From Lytechinus pictus (lineage: Eukaryota), in the NCBI RefSeq assembly GCF_037042905.1, contig NC_087251.1, forward strand, positions 16,804,001-16,868,000: a DNA stretch of 64,000 nucleotides, written 5' to 3'. Below are positions 1-13,830 of the stretch, one piece after another. The notes under the pieces are model-generated. The model saw only the letters and a program-made list of their open reading frames with translations. It was not told where the DNA came from and ran no database searches. Made by a program: the position numbers and the translations under genes. Position 1 is the first letter of the stretch; each line of letters opens with the position of its first letter.

Positions 1-2020
1 CAAGGTTGTCAAAATATTTTTGTGACACTCAATTTAAATGATTAATATACCAGTGTTAGGTGTCACAGCACACCCTTGTATCGATTATAGTTACATTCAA
101 AGTATATTTGGATAAATTGAAGTATTGAACAGATGGTATTGGTCATTTGGGGGCCAAAGAGTGCCCAAAATGACCATAATCTGTTAAATGGGGTCATTAA
201 GACTGACATATTGGGAATCAGCATGAAATTCTACACAAGAACGACCTATATGCATCATTCCCATTTTATAAAGTAGGAAGATAAAGCACACTGAAGACCT
301 CAAATTCCTGCCGATTTGCACAGTTATTATGCAAATTGCACGAATGGTCAGTTACCCAAAATGACCCTCATAGGTCAAAAGTCAAAACTAATGATATAAA
401 TGACATGAGGTCAAAATAATTTTGAAATGTTCATTTTAAAGGATTAATACACCAATGTTAGATGTCACAGCACATCCTGGTAACGATGCTGGTAACATTG
501 AGGTATTTTGGATAAATTGAACTGATGTTATTGGTCATTTTTATGGCCATAAGTGGTTATGGCCATAAGTGGCCAAAATGACCATTAGGTGTTCAATAGG
601 GTCATTAAGACTGATATATTTAGAATCAGCATAATATTCTATACAAGATGGACATTTAAATGCATTCCCATTTTATAAGGGAAGAAGATAAAACACGCTG
701 AAGACCTCAAATTCCTGCCGATGTGCGAATGGTTAGTTATGTCTAAAGTACCCCCAAATGACCCTCATAGGTCAAAACTGATGGAATGAGGTCAAAATAA
801 TCTTGAGATGTTCAATTTAGAGGATTAACTTATCCCAATAGTAGGTGTCGCAACACACCCTTGTAACGATTCTGGTAACGTTCAAAGTATTTGGGGGTAA
901 AATGAACTGATGTCATTGGTCATTTTAAGGGCCATAAGTGGCCAAAATGACATTAAGCTGTTGAATAGTGTCATTAAGACTGATATATTTGGAATCTGCA
1001 TAAAATTCTACACAAGATGGATTTTTGAATGCATTTGCAATTTATATTGGGAAGAAGATAAACACGCTATAAGACCTCAAATTCCTGCCTACATGTGCAT
1101 GTCCACTTTATTATGCAAAACTTCGTGAATGGTCAGTTATGTATAAAGTACCCCAAATGACCCTCATAGGTCAAAACTGGTGGAATAAATTACATAAGGT
1201 CAAAATACTTTGTGAGATGTTCAATTTAAAGGATTAACACACCAATGTTAGGTGTCGCAGCACACCTTGTAATGGTTCTGATAACTTTCGAAGTATTTGG
1301 GGGTAAAATGAACTGTTACTGGCCATTTTGAGGGCCATAAGTGGTCAAAATGACCACAAGCTATTAAATAGGGTTATTATGACTGATATATTTGGAATCA
1401 GCATTAAAATTCTACACATGAAGGACATTTAAATGCATTCTCAGGGAAGAAGAAAAAATGCTGAAGACCTCAATTTCCTGCCTATTTGAACAGTCAATAA
1501 TGCAAACTGCGCGAATGGTCAGTTATGTCTTAAGTACCCAAAATGACCCTCATAGGTCAAAACTGACGGAATAAATTACATGAGGTTGATGCATGGTTAT
1601 GATCCAGCGCATATTTTGAAAATAAATGTGGATTTCTAAAAACATCCAGTCGTAGCTCTGATTAATATTTGTAACACATTTCGGCCAAAAAATCATGAAA
1701 ATTGTCATTTTTGGCCAAATTATGGCCAAAATGACCACTGCTTTTGTGATTTGGCAAATGAAAGCACTTTATCTGGAATCTGTGTGCATTTTTACTTAAG
1801 ATAGACCCTTTTAATTGCATGTGGCTACAAAAGCAGTCTGTTAAGGGACCATTTTCCAAAGAGTGGTCAAAATTGTCATTTTTGGTCAAAATTTGACCAA
1901 AATGACCAAAATGGCGTGAGTACGGTCAATAAGAGTGACATTTTTGGAATCAGCGCACAATTTTACCCCGGATAAGCTTGTCAAACCTTCCCCACCAAAA
2001 ATTCTGAATAAAGCCCCTAG
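1..2020. repeat. Diverged tandem array of ~395-bp units (about 4 copies) plus unique terminus, probably the end of a non-autonomous DNA element
   Basis: Anchor AATGACCCTCATAGGTCAAAA recurs near 360, 757, 1156, 1542; units visibly diverged. Confidence 0.8.
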
Positions 2021-2139
2021 CTATCTCCTAGACTACAAGTAAACTCCTGCGACGGACCAACCCTTACAAAAAATTCCTGCAGTACTTTAGTGGTACTCTG
2101 TTGTACCTGTGTGATACTTCTGTCATACACGATGGTACC

Positions 2140-2760
2140 TCAGAATTACCACAGGACTTCTGTGGTATCACTCTGTGATAGTTCTGTCATACTTCTGTGG
2201 TACAGGAAAATATGAAAATTTCCTGCAATACCTTAATGGTACTCTGTCGTACCTGTGTGATACTTCTGTTGTACAAAACTGTATATAGAATTACAACAGG
2301 ACTTCTGTGGTATCACTCTGTGATAGTTCTGTCATACTTCTGTGGTACGGGAAAATATGAAAATTTCATGCAATACCTTAATGGTACTCTGTCGTACCTG
2401 TGTGATACTGCTGTTGTACAAAACTGTATATAGAATTACAACAGGACTTCTGTGGTATCACTCTGTGATAGTTCTGTCATACTTCTGTGGTACATAAAAA
2501 TATGAAAATTTCATGCAATACCTTAATGGTACTCTGTCGTACCTGTGTGATACTTCTGTTGTACAAAACTGTATAAGGAATTACTACAGGACTCCTGTGG
2601 TATCACTCTGTGATAGTTCTACTTCTGTACGTAAAAATATGAAAATTTCATGCAATACCTTAATGGTACTCTGTCGTACCTGTGTAATACTTCTGTTGTA
2701 CATAACTGTATACAATATCACTCTGTGATAGTTATGTCGTACTTCTGTTGTACATGAAAA
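2140..2760. repeat. Left subterminal tandem repeat (~145-bp unit, about 4 copies)
   Basis: GGACTTCTGTGGTATCACTCTGTG near 2154, 2300, 2444, 2589. Confidence 0.85.
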
Positions 2761-5559
2761 TTCTAAAATATCCTGCAGTACTTCTATGACAACCCTGCGA
2801 TACTTCTGTTGTATATGAACATTTTTTAAATTTCCTGCAGTACTCCTATTACTAAGCACTTCTATGGAAACCCTGTGATACTTCTGTGGTACATGAACAT
2901 TTTGACATTTCCTGCAGTACTCGATCCTATTAAAGACACTTCTATGAAAACCCTGTGATACTTCTGTGGTAAATGAAAATTTTGAAATTTCCTGCAGGAC
3001 TCAATATAGGCACTTCTAAAATTCTATGGCAACCCCAGTGCTATACTTTCAAAATTTCCTGCGGTACTTCTCATGCAGCCACCCCAGAAATATGACTGAA
3101 ACTGTATCACAGACGCTACTGGTGTATTTTCTGTGGTACAGTACATGAAAAAATTAGTTTCCTTCAGTACTTGTATGGAAGCCCTGTTTGTACCACAGAC
3201 TAATTTTTTTATTTCCAGTGAGGGATTTATCTTTTTTTTCAGTTTCGGGAGAGGTCAGTAGCGTATTGAGTCTTATATTTTTAGAAGGCCATATGGCTTA
3301 AAAGGGCACCATTCATTTTAAAAAGTACAATTTTTTATATGAAAATTTAATTTTGTGATAGCTAGATTGTGACATATAGGCCCTATTTCAAAATTATATT
3401 TCACCCTGTCCCATTGTGTAGGTCTATATCAGCGAGGGGGGGGGGGGTTATGCCTACTGAGACTCAGAGGTTTTAAGTTTGATAGCTTCTATTTCTACGA
3501 GAAAGGGTACTATACGTACTAGATCAAAACTAGGAGCAAAGCGCGAACTGAAAAATGCGAAAAATTATTGACCCCAAAATGGGCAACTTATATTTTGAGG
3601 ACTATTGTTCGTTTTCAGGGTTATTTCTTTTTCATGCGCTCTTTTAAATTTCAATTATCATTTTTGTTTTGTTTGTTCGCCACTTATTTTTCATAAAAAA
3701 CAGGATGAATAATAAAAAAATGACTATATTTAAAAGGGTACGTGTTGAAATATACAGGACACACCTAACACTCTTAGAGCTTAATGGTTGTGAGGAAGCC
3801 GGGTTGAATTTCAAAGAGATATTGTAATGAATAAAAATATAAGCATGAACGTATTATTCTACTTCATCCATCTCTTTCTAACAATACAAGAAAATAATTG
3901 AAGGGGAGGTCAACGCTAGAGATAATCAATAAATAGAGTAAAATTCACAAAACAAAATGCTTAAAATTTATTCAAAATCGGATGACAAATAACGAAGTTA
4001 AGTTGAATTTTAAGGATTTGCAATATTCCCATGAAACAGTTTTATTTAGGCATGTCTCATGAATATTCATTAGGTGGGCTGATGATGTCATATCCCATGT
4101 TCTTTTGTACAATATATGAAATTAGATTTATTCAACATATTTCTACCAAGAACTTAAACAATTGGAATGACGACTAATTAACCGCATTAGTTATTTAATG
4201 CAGCAACTTTACAATGGGGACACATTATTTACACATGTATTGAAAAAATAGATAATCATAATTTCATATCTAACATTAAAAAAGAAAAATGGGAATGTCA
4301 CATCATCAGCCCACCAAATTAATATTCATGACGATGTGCACACTATCTGTTTTCACAAAATATTGATAAACAATTAACATAAGAAAGTTCAGCGTTGAAT
4401 GTTGATTAAAAAATAAATCTCAGTTAAAATGCTATCTAAGATTTTGTTTTACACGTTTCATAACCAAGTTTTAATGCGATTCTGGCCCCTTAAAGTTTTT
4501 ATTGCGAGAAAATACATTTTTCCAAGTTTCCCATCTATTTTTTTATTTATTTTTTTTTGTAAAAAGGACCTATTTTCTTACAAATATATTATTATAAATA
4601 AAATTACTTCAATATTTGTTCTCCTATTCACAATATTTTTTACAGGTGGAATAGGATAAACTAAAAATAGGATATTTAATTTCCATTTTAAGGCCTATTT
4701 TTTGCTTTATATCCCCGGTTTATATCTTTGCCACCTTGCAATATGTTAGCCAGGCTGGTTTATATCTATTTCTTTTTAAATCAAATAAATTTGGATATTT
4801 TCAATCTATTTTTATGATGCGAAGCTATATATAGTTTGTAAATATGTTTTTTAATTGCAAGAACAATCTTGTATCTCTGTTCACATATGATGGCAGTTTA
4901 TTTTGCTTCTTTTTTTCTAATTTGTATGAAGTTTGTATCTATATATTTTCAAACTATTTTCCATCCTTAAAGTGTCACAACCGATATCATATTATTTTTT
5001 ACCTCGTTGGCAAAGTTATTATCTTTTCTTATGTTTCGCTTCAAAATGGTATCTTTATATTTGCTTGTCTTGCTCCTCCACCCCTTATCAAAATACCCTG
5101 CCGGCACTTGATCTAAGATTATTTTCTTTTACTACTTGAACCTTATAAAGGGATCTTTCCTTCGATCGCAAGAAAGGATAAAATGTGTGTTTTTGAAAAG
5201 AAATAAAATTAAAAATACATAGGATTGGAGCTGTGATTTTCCTCATTGCTTTCTTTGTCATCCTACTTGCATACTAGTAGGCCTATATAACATATTTTCA
5301 GTAAAATTGTGAGACATGTTTTTAAATCCTATCCTATTATATTAAAAAAAAGAATAAAGAGAAAGAAAAAAATTAAAAGACATAGAAAAGAAAAAGAAAG
5401 GAAGAAGAAATAAATATTTGAATTTTACTTTACTATTCAATTCCTTTACGTTAATAATATGATATATAAATGATGGCGAAAATAGTCAAATTGTCTGGTT
5501 GCCAAGTAAAAAGTAAGACCCCCCCCCCCCCCCTCCGAGCTCCCCGTACAAACGCACGG

Positions 5560-5731
5560 ACTGTACCGTATACGTGTTTCCGGTTCCGCCATTTGAAAAA
5601 AACCGTTCGTAACTGCTCAGCTGAACCCGAAGCTTGATGAAGAAGGCCGTCAATATTTCAACAAAAACTAACAGAATATGGATCAGATTCGGACAACGAC
5701 TTCTTAAGACATTCACACAACAGGCTAAACA
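5560..5731 (+). promoter_or_regulatory. Housekeeping-type promoter and first exon inside the CMC-like element
   Basis: TTTCCGG (ETS) abutting CCGCCATTT (YY1-like) at ~5577-5594, CpG-rich 5520-5930, consensus donor CA|GTAAGT at 5732. Confidence 0.55.
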
Positions 5732-6479
5732 GTAAGTTAGATCCATTTTTCGTAGTTTGGCGCGGCATGCACTTAAATTTCTTCGACTTTTTAATCATTA
5801 CCGTACGGCCACTGCACTGCCGTTGTTCCCGATCGCTTATCGGGTGGGGGCTGATATGATCTGCGGTGTGCGCGGCCGGGGACGGCCAACGGCTGGCTAA
5901 GTTAGTAGTAATGGCGGCGGTGAGGATGTTTGTATTGTCATGATTGTAGCAAGGTCAGGGGTGGGCGCTAATGTAGTTTCGCACCGGCCGATTAATACCA
6001 GCATACCTCATCACCAATATTTGTTCCCAAATGTCATGACAAGTCTCTCAGTCACATTTGAAGTCAATATATCCACCACTTTTCAAAATATCGTGATCGG
6101 GAATGGCTGTAGGCCTAGCCAGGCGGCTTCTAGAGAGTGAAAATCATTTACTAACGTAACTTCGTAAGGTCACTCTCATATGAAGCCAGGGATCCTTTCT
6201 CATATACCCACACAGAGGAAGCCAAAACTTGAAACTTTCACCCCCGGCCCCGAGATTTCTACTTTCCTTCTAAAAAAAGATCTAGCCTAACGTTAGACCT
6301 AAATCATGTACATGGGATAAAACTTAATTTCCAACATTTCTACGCTCTCGTCGTTATTTTTGAAGAAGAAATTCATTCCAAAAAATGCGAAAAATATCAT
6401 GATTAGACGGAAGAGACTTGCCCGATGTTTACGCCGCCATCTTGTTTTCTATTGTTCTTCGCCAACGTTACAGACGCGA

Positions 6480-7012
6480 ACTTCGAGACCATGAACTCGA
6501 TCTGATATTCTGAGTGACAGAGGTGGGATTTTATGGGGGTGGGGAATATAAAATTCATGCAACATCTTGATTTTTAAAAAGAATTAAAACTAATATTCTT
6601 ACTTTACACAAAGTTTCATTTAGTTCCATGCTTTTATCAGTCTCAAAATTGGTGATTTAGAGCCAACATGAAGTTCCTCACACATATTTATAATTCGCTG
6701 CCGATTTCAAAACATTGCATGCGGATGCAATATTCGCGAGATACCGGGCCTGGTCTGACCCGACCGACCTCACACGCATGCGATGTATTGAATATTGATA
6801 CGTGTGAGAAACTTCATGTTGGCTCTAAATCATCAATTTTGAGACGGATAGAGGCATGGAGAAGAACTGAAACTTTGTGTGCAGGAAGAATATTAGTTTT
6901 AATTTTTTTAAAGAGCGTGATGTTGCATGAATTTGATATCCCCCCCCCATAAGATCCCACTTTTTGTCACTCGGAATATCAGATCGACAGATCCAGTTCA
7001 CGGTCTCAAAGT
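6480..7012. mobile_element. Foldback MITE-like inverted repeat
   Basis: ~200-bp arm 6485-6690 is the diverged reverse complement of ~6795-7007. Confidence 0.6.
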
Positions 7013-7482
7013 TTGGGTAGGTGGAGCGTAGTGTAGCAATAGTGAAGTGGGGTGGAGCCTGCACAAACTTCACTCGAGGTAGGCAATCCCACAAATTTAA
7101 AAGAGGTTTCTATAAAATCAAGTCCGGCCTTCTATGAACATGACAAACTTACGAAAAGATGTGAAGTCAATTCACCCTAAATATCATCAATATCCCTCAA
7201 ATAGCTTCATTTAAGCACTAATTTCTCTTCCGGTTGATAAAATATGGATCCGTCTTTAATTTCCAAAATTGTTCGTCTAACTAGCTAAAGGACGCATGTT
7301 TTATCTACATGTTAAAGACACTACATAGAAAAGACTAGGCACAAAGACTATTATACATGTAAATCGATGCAAAGCATTACGCGATGTCGGCAAAGTGCCC
7401 AATCTTCTTATTGTAAAGACTTTAGCGACAATAACAGACTGTGAGTAAGGTTAAAATGCTCCTCTACTTTTAATGTTTTCAT

Positions 7483-8457
7483 TAGTGCTGTTGTCGGGAA
7501 CAAAAATCCATGTCGACATGTCGCTTAAAAATTAATCCCGACATCGACAATGTCAACATGAAAAAGGGACCGTAATTTAGCCTGGGCTCCCTAACATAAA
7601 AAAAAAGCATTCGATCGTGGAACAACACTCTCAATCAAATATATTCACCTTGACACGAGTGATATCCCCACACTAGATCTATATAATACAGGCTCAGTTC
7701 GGGAATTGAGCTTCCAAAATCACCGATTTAATCCACATTTTTTTTCTGGAGAATCAAGTTTTTGTACCAGGATCCGGTTTCGAAAGCATTGCTCAATAAC
7801 ACTCGTAGCCAATTTGAGAATCACCAATTACAACAGTGATCATTGCTGCAAACGCAAGCTCCTCAATTTGACAATGAAAAGTAATGAAAATCGACCGATA
7901 ATTTCAGTATCACTTCCGCGGCGATCTCCAAACGAATGAAGGGAAGTTTTCTGTGACTTCGTGATATGAAGTAAGCGCTCAATTGCGGCAGTCACAACTT
8001 TGACAAAAACACGTGTTCGCTGCTGCTCACGTTTATGTGAAAAGTAATGCATTGAGGAGCAACGTATTATCAAGCACGGTGAATAGCGCGCGATGGGTAC
8101 ATATTTCCGTGGATGGGTACGGTGAATGCTACTCTCGCTATAACGGGATATCGAGGGCGGCTCGATCGGGCAGGCCGGCCCTGCACTGACGTATTTCTAC
8201 TGCCGCACAGCTCGCAGATATTCTTTTTTCATTTAATGCGCTGCTAAGCTGAATAAACCTTTTAATCGCGCCAATTACTGTGGATAAATGCTTCTAACTT
8301 TTCAGCTAATCTTTACACTCGTGATTGTAGGCTAGACCCCTTTTTATTTTATGTTTACATGTCGATGTGGGTGCGTGCATGTCGACATGTCGGAATTTTG
8401 AAAATCCTTCGTATGTCGACATCAATGTCGATATGAGGCCTATCGACAACAGCACTA
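7483..8457. mobile_element. Non-autonomous hAT element
   Basis: TIR TAGTGCTGTTGTCG; exact 8-bp TSD GTTTTCAT. Confidence 0.85.
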
Positions 8458-9912
8458 GTTTTCATTGATTTTATGTTGAATATTATTAAAGAATATGACT
8501 CTTTGCACCTGAATTGTAACACTGAAATATGGAAATGAAGAAGTTTTATCATGTATTTTTATTACATCATGTATTTGTATTAACCTGCAAATAAAATTTT
8601 ACTATGTCACTCAAATTCATTTCATTTCATTAAAGATTCAAAGAGGGATCTCTGGATGATCGAGCAGCAAGTCCAGCATTATGTGGGAAAGATACTACAG
8701 GTGTACACAGAAAAGGCCATGTTCTTGTACAAGACACGGTTGGAGTTCATAAAAGGTGATTATATAGGCATTCACTTCAGTAGATATTATAATTACAAAA
8801 TTAAGCAGATTGTATTCATGCAGTGGCATACAGTGTAATCCTTGTTAGAAGATGTAGATTTATTCTTCATTGTTTTATTAAAGAGTTTCAATATGTGCTT
8901 ATGACAATTTGTTTGCATTATAAATTGTTTGTAACTCTTCGGCTTAGTTTGCTTTTATAAGCAAGAATATGCTAAGAGAGATAGCCGCAAGGACCTCATT
9001 ATCCGATAGATATGTACTTGTGAAAAGAGATCTAGATGGGGGCAAAACACCTTATTTCTTGTATTTTTATGTTGTTCATGTTATCGTAATGGTATGTGTT
9101 TTTTTTTCTACAGATTAAGCTGCCTCGTGCTATACAGACTTGGATAAAAACAAGCTGTCCAATGAATGGTGACTACTCAAGAGGAGCCAGAAAGTCAACT
9201 AAAGCCAGGGTATTTTGGGAGTTGATATGGCCGGGGAAGGGGGGAGGGGGGGTTTCCAGGGCCCCCCCCTTCCTTGAGATCTTGACCGCACAATCGCGTC
9301 TAACATTGGCACATGGGTTGTCTAGGGCATAATTTACAAAATTAAATTGTAAATTATTTCACGCAAATTGTTAGTAAGTGATAATACTAATTTATGCGTA
9401 ATTAGAATACAAAATCATACTTTTTCCTCTATTGCATTGACTTTGTACACAAAATCACGTTTTTGAGCAATTTTTGGTATGACATGTACTTACATAATGT
9501 CACGTTATTACAGAACCACGTACCGGGTGACACAAGATTGGTCTCAAAAGATGCACAAGACTAGAAAGAGGCATGTTTTAAAAAAATTGTGCGACAGCAT
9601 GGTCGCCAAATTTTTGGAAGGGGGGGGGGTCAAATTGGTCCAATTTAACTAAGGGTTAATAACTGGGAGGCTGTTAGCTGCCTTTTTACTTTCAAGTCTT
9701 GCACATCTTTTGAGACCAAATTTGTGATGCCTGGGTACGCTGTTCCGAAATTTCGCAACATTTTTATGTATTAATCCAACACAAATACTGTTTCTTGCTA
9801 AAAATTCACAATTAGTATACCAGTAATATACATTTATCAAGTCAAATTATTTAATTACATTTATAATCATAAAAGCTTTGATAAAGTATAAAAAAAAACA
9901 AAGAGTTGTATG

Positions 9913-10835
9913 TAGGCCTGGGACTTTCGGGTTTTTTCTCTTCGGGTACCCGTGGTAATTTTCGGGTGGGTACCTGAAAATCATGTCACTTGAAATATGA
10001 CTGGTGGAAAAACCCCATAGGTGACGTCATCAAGCCAATGCGATGCAAGCCAATTTATGAATGAAAATATAGTAAGCATGCGCATTGCAAGCCTCCCGTG
10101 CCCCACGCAGTATTCCATCGAAACAAGTTTCAATACTCTGTCACCTCGTACCAAAATCGACCTAGAATTCCACTTTCCTATATATCATATGAATTATAAA
10201 AGGTTTTCTCACCGATACTGCACAGGTAAGCAAATTTTTATTCTTGCTTTTCCGTCAAAATCTTACGAAGTAGCATCGATATTACATCGTGTTCGTGAGT
10301 TTGCATCGCTACGTGAACAAAGTCAATTGATTTCCGGGTTTCGGAGCGTCAAATGCGCCAGCCAATCACGATCGTGTTCCCATTTTCGGTTTATGATGAA
10401 CTAAAAATGGTAACAAGAACGTGATTGGCTGGTGCTTCGTAGGTCGATTTTGGTATGAGGTGACAGAGTATTGCAGACTTGTTTTGACGTAATACTGCGT
10501 GGGGCTGAGGCTTGCAATGCGCATGCTATATTTTCATTCATAAATTGGTTTGCGTCGCAGTGGCTGGATGACGTCACTGCGCTGCAAAAGAAACATGGCG
10601 ATGATTGAACGATCTCGGTCACATCATCATCACTTGAAAACTTGTATATTTATGGATATTTAGAGGGTAATTGGTGAAATTCAAAATGAGGCTTGTGTAC
10701 TTTTGTAATGAGTTACAATCATGTCTTACACTACGCAATACAAATCAAATACATGTACATTATACTGGTGAGCAATTTTCGGGTATCGGGTATTGATTTT
10801 TCTACTCGGGTACCCGGGTTTTAGTCCCAGCCCTA
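9913..10835. mobile_element. Non-autonomous hAT element with internal long inverted repeat
   Basis: TIR TAGG(C/G)CTGGGACT; exact 8-bp TSD GTTGTATG; internal IR ~10021-10163 vs ~10440-10576. Confidence 0.85.
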
Positions 10836-11289
10836 GTTGTATGAAAATTTTCAAAAATAATGAAAGGTAAAAGAAAACAAGATTACAATGTCCATTGCAA
10901 GGGGGCTAGTCTAGCTATTCAGGATAATTGGGATTTTATTCAGTTTTTAATTGACATAACATTATGACAAGATCCCTCCATTTAGTGTATAAACAGCACA
11001 TGGCCATGATTGAAATTCATATAACATTAAAGTATGCAAACCAGGCAGCTACATGTACATGTAGGACTCACTGCTTGTCAATTCTATTGTCTGCCAGGGT
11101 CAAGTGACATACAGTGCACATGTATAACATGTGTGAAAGTACATAAGAAAATCAGCTTTTTATTTTTGTACTGTAACATTGGGTGAACTGGTGATCACTT
11201 TGGATATGATGCTCTTCATATTGGTTTATTTTATGTATATGAATTTTTGGATAATCATTAAGAATTAAAGCCATTTACTTAATATATGG

Positions 11290-11752
11290 AAGCATAAGCC
11301 CATCAAAGAACAGAATTATGTCATGTACAGCTAATTCATTTTGCGTGATATTACAATTGTAATTGTTTACTTGAGCAAATAATTTGAATTGCTGCATGAC
11401 CTAAACAATGACATGTTCCAATTCGAATAGTAACATGACCTAAAGAAGAGTTACTCCACCTCGATTGAGAGTGCTTATGTTAAATAATTGATGTTGCTAC
11501 TTCAAATAATTGAGGTCAATCAAATTGGTCATAATTATTCAAGTCAATTTTGAGCTATATGTCATAATTAATTAGGTCATATACTAATTGAAATTACTAA
11601 ATGACTCGAGTAGGTATGAATTCACATTGCCACATGACCTTAATTATTTTATGTAGCAACATCAAGTATTGAACATCATTTAGTTATCAATTATGACATG
11701 TAGCAAATCAAATTACATGCCGCAATTTCGTGTTTATGATGGGCTCATGCTT
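11290..11752. mobile_element. MITE
   Basis: TIR AAGCAT(A/G)AGCCCATCA; TSD not clear. Confidence 0.55.
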
Positions 11753-12238
11753 ACATTCATATATAACCCTTCAATACGTAGTTGGAGCAATTCTTAGACA
11801 AGAAGACTGTGTAAAATGATATGCCTATTCAATGTCAAAAAGGTTAATGTCTCAATAGATTTGATCTACGTTTTGGCAAAGTAATCTTATGTTCATATTT
11901 TTTCTAACCTATGGTGAACGTTCTAAATCATGTGAAATTCATTCAAAAATATCTTTCAGTATTTATGGACTTAAGTGAATTCTGAGCAAAATGAAGTGAT
12001 TATGATTACGTTCATGTACTTTAAGTTTATACTGGTGATCAACACATCATAATTTCATCCCTTACTGTATGTGCACCATGCATTATCTGTACATGCAGAA
12101 GTGGTTATCCATTGTTTCATAACATGGTTGAGTAAAGGATGTTCTGCTTTTAGTATTAAGCCAATCGGGTGTTGACAAGAAGGGGAAAATGCAATTGCTC
12201 AGCTATTACAGTTTTTTTTGCAACCATAATACTGGTTA

Positions 12239-12410
12239 AGCCTTGGTTACATTCGCCGGCTCGTGGCCTTACGTCGAGTCAAAATTAACAGTCTTAATCA
12301 TCCTTGTACCAGCTACTACCAGCTACACGTGGGTGGTTTGTACAGGAATACCTAAAACTGCTGATTTTGTCTCGCCGTAAGGCAACCGGTCAAGGAATGT
12401 GACCAAGGTA
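12239..12410. mobile_element. PIF/Harbinger-like MITE
   Basis: Imperfect TIR CCTTGGT(T/C)ACATTC, flanked by TTA on both sides. Confidence 0.6.
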
Positions 12411-12949
12411 TTAATAATAATCGCTTATTGTTGTGTTAGAGGGAAGGATTCTGGGTCGAATCTAGCTTTCTTTATGTGATCTCAAAATGGCAGCAATGTA
12501 TGAATAGTGAAAGTAGTTCATGTGGCATCTCAATGTTCATGGATATAAATCTTTGTACATGTCTTATCCTAAAGATGAAATGTTACTGCATTATTCTAGC
12601 AGTCATTTATGATATCAAAGATGTTCTATACTGTGCATAGTACAGCTCATACATAATAAAGGTATGTGAATATGCTTTTAACGTCTTTGCAAATTTGTGG
12701 GTTTTTTCATGCCTCTTTTCATTAGTCAAGATGTCAAAGTTGTTGTGCTGGATCACAGGAAATTCTTACAAACTACTACGCCTAACAAACCAGTGCAGGA
12801 CTGTGTCGTGAGAAAATCGCACAGACTACTACAGGACAATACCATAGGATTGTCACAGGAAATCAACAAGAATACCCCTGCAGGATTACCACAGTAAAGT
12901 ATCACAAGAAGGCTGCAGGATGAGACCAATAATGCCACAGAAGATATCA

Positions 12950-13530
12950 AAGATCAGTATCACAGGAATACCACAGGACAGTACTGCAGGAATTGTCCTG
13001 CGGTAAGGTCTCTTGGTATTCCTGCAGTACTGTTCTGTAGTACTTTCCTGTGATACTGGTCTGCGGAATTCCTAAAGTACTGTCCTGTCATACTGTCCTG
13101 TGATACTATTTATCACCACAGGATAGTATCACAGGACAGTACTACAGGAATACCAGACCAGTATCACAGGACAGTACTACAGGAATACCAGACCAGTATC
13201 ACAGGACAGTACTACAGGAATACCAGACCAGTATCACAGGACAGTACTACAGGAATACCAGACCAGTATCACAGGACAGTACTACAGGAATACCAGACCA
13301 GTATCACAGGACAGTACTACAGGACACAGTACCAGAAGCCTGCGGTACTCCTGTAGTACTGTCCTGCGATACTGTTCTGTAGTACTTCCCTGTGATACTG
13401 GTCTGCGGTATTCCTGTAGTACTGTCCTGTCATACTGTCCTGTCATACTATCCTGTCATACTGTCCTGTCATACTATCATGTGATACTATCCTGTGATAC
13501 TATCCTGTGATACTGTCCTGTAGTACTAAT
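12950..13530. repeat. Right subterminal repeats: 35-bp unit x~6 flanked by inverted copies
   Basis: GTATCACAGGACAGTACTACAGGAATACCAGACCA tandem at ~13126-13323; reverse-complement motifs at 13015-13105 and 13345-13525. Confidence 0.85.
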
Positions 13531-13830
13531 AGTAGTGTGGTAGTGGTTGTAGCGGTTGTAGCGGTTGTGGTGATCGTGTCCTGTCATACTTCCTGCCATA
13601 CTTATGCGGTTATTACCACAGGAAGTATCACAGGACACGGACCTGTTGTACTCCTGTTGTACATTTCTGTAGTACCGTCCCAAATTACGTGCACGTAATT
13701 CCTGCAGTACTTTCCTGCGATACTTCCTGCAGTACATATCACAGAGTACTACAGGAATTTTTTGTAAGGGAAATCGGCGACCAGTGCAAAGAAAATCATG
13801 CGCGCGCATGCATAAAAAAGAGTGCCGTAC

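Larger units (their letters stand above)
2061..13770. mobile_element. 11.7-kb non-autonomous CMC/EnSpm(CACTA)-like DNA transposon
   Basis: 26-bp TIRs CCCTTACAAAAAATTCCTG(C/T)AGTACT (1 mismatch), 2-bp TSD AA (2059-60 / 13771-72), subterminal arrays of related motifs at both ends; no transposase ORF seen. Confidence 0.8.

Noticed and set aside
9200..9660. piggyBac-like MITE ending AGGGTTAA
   Set aside because: Only one plausible end is visible; boundaries could not be fixed.
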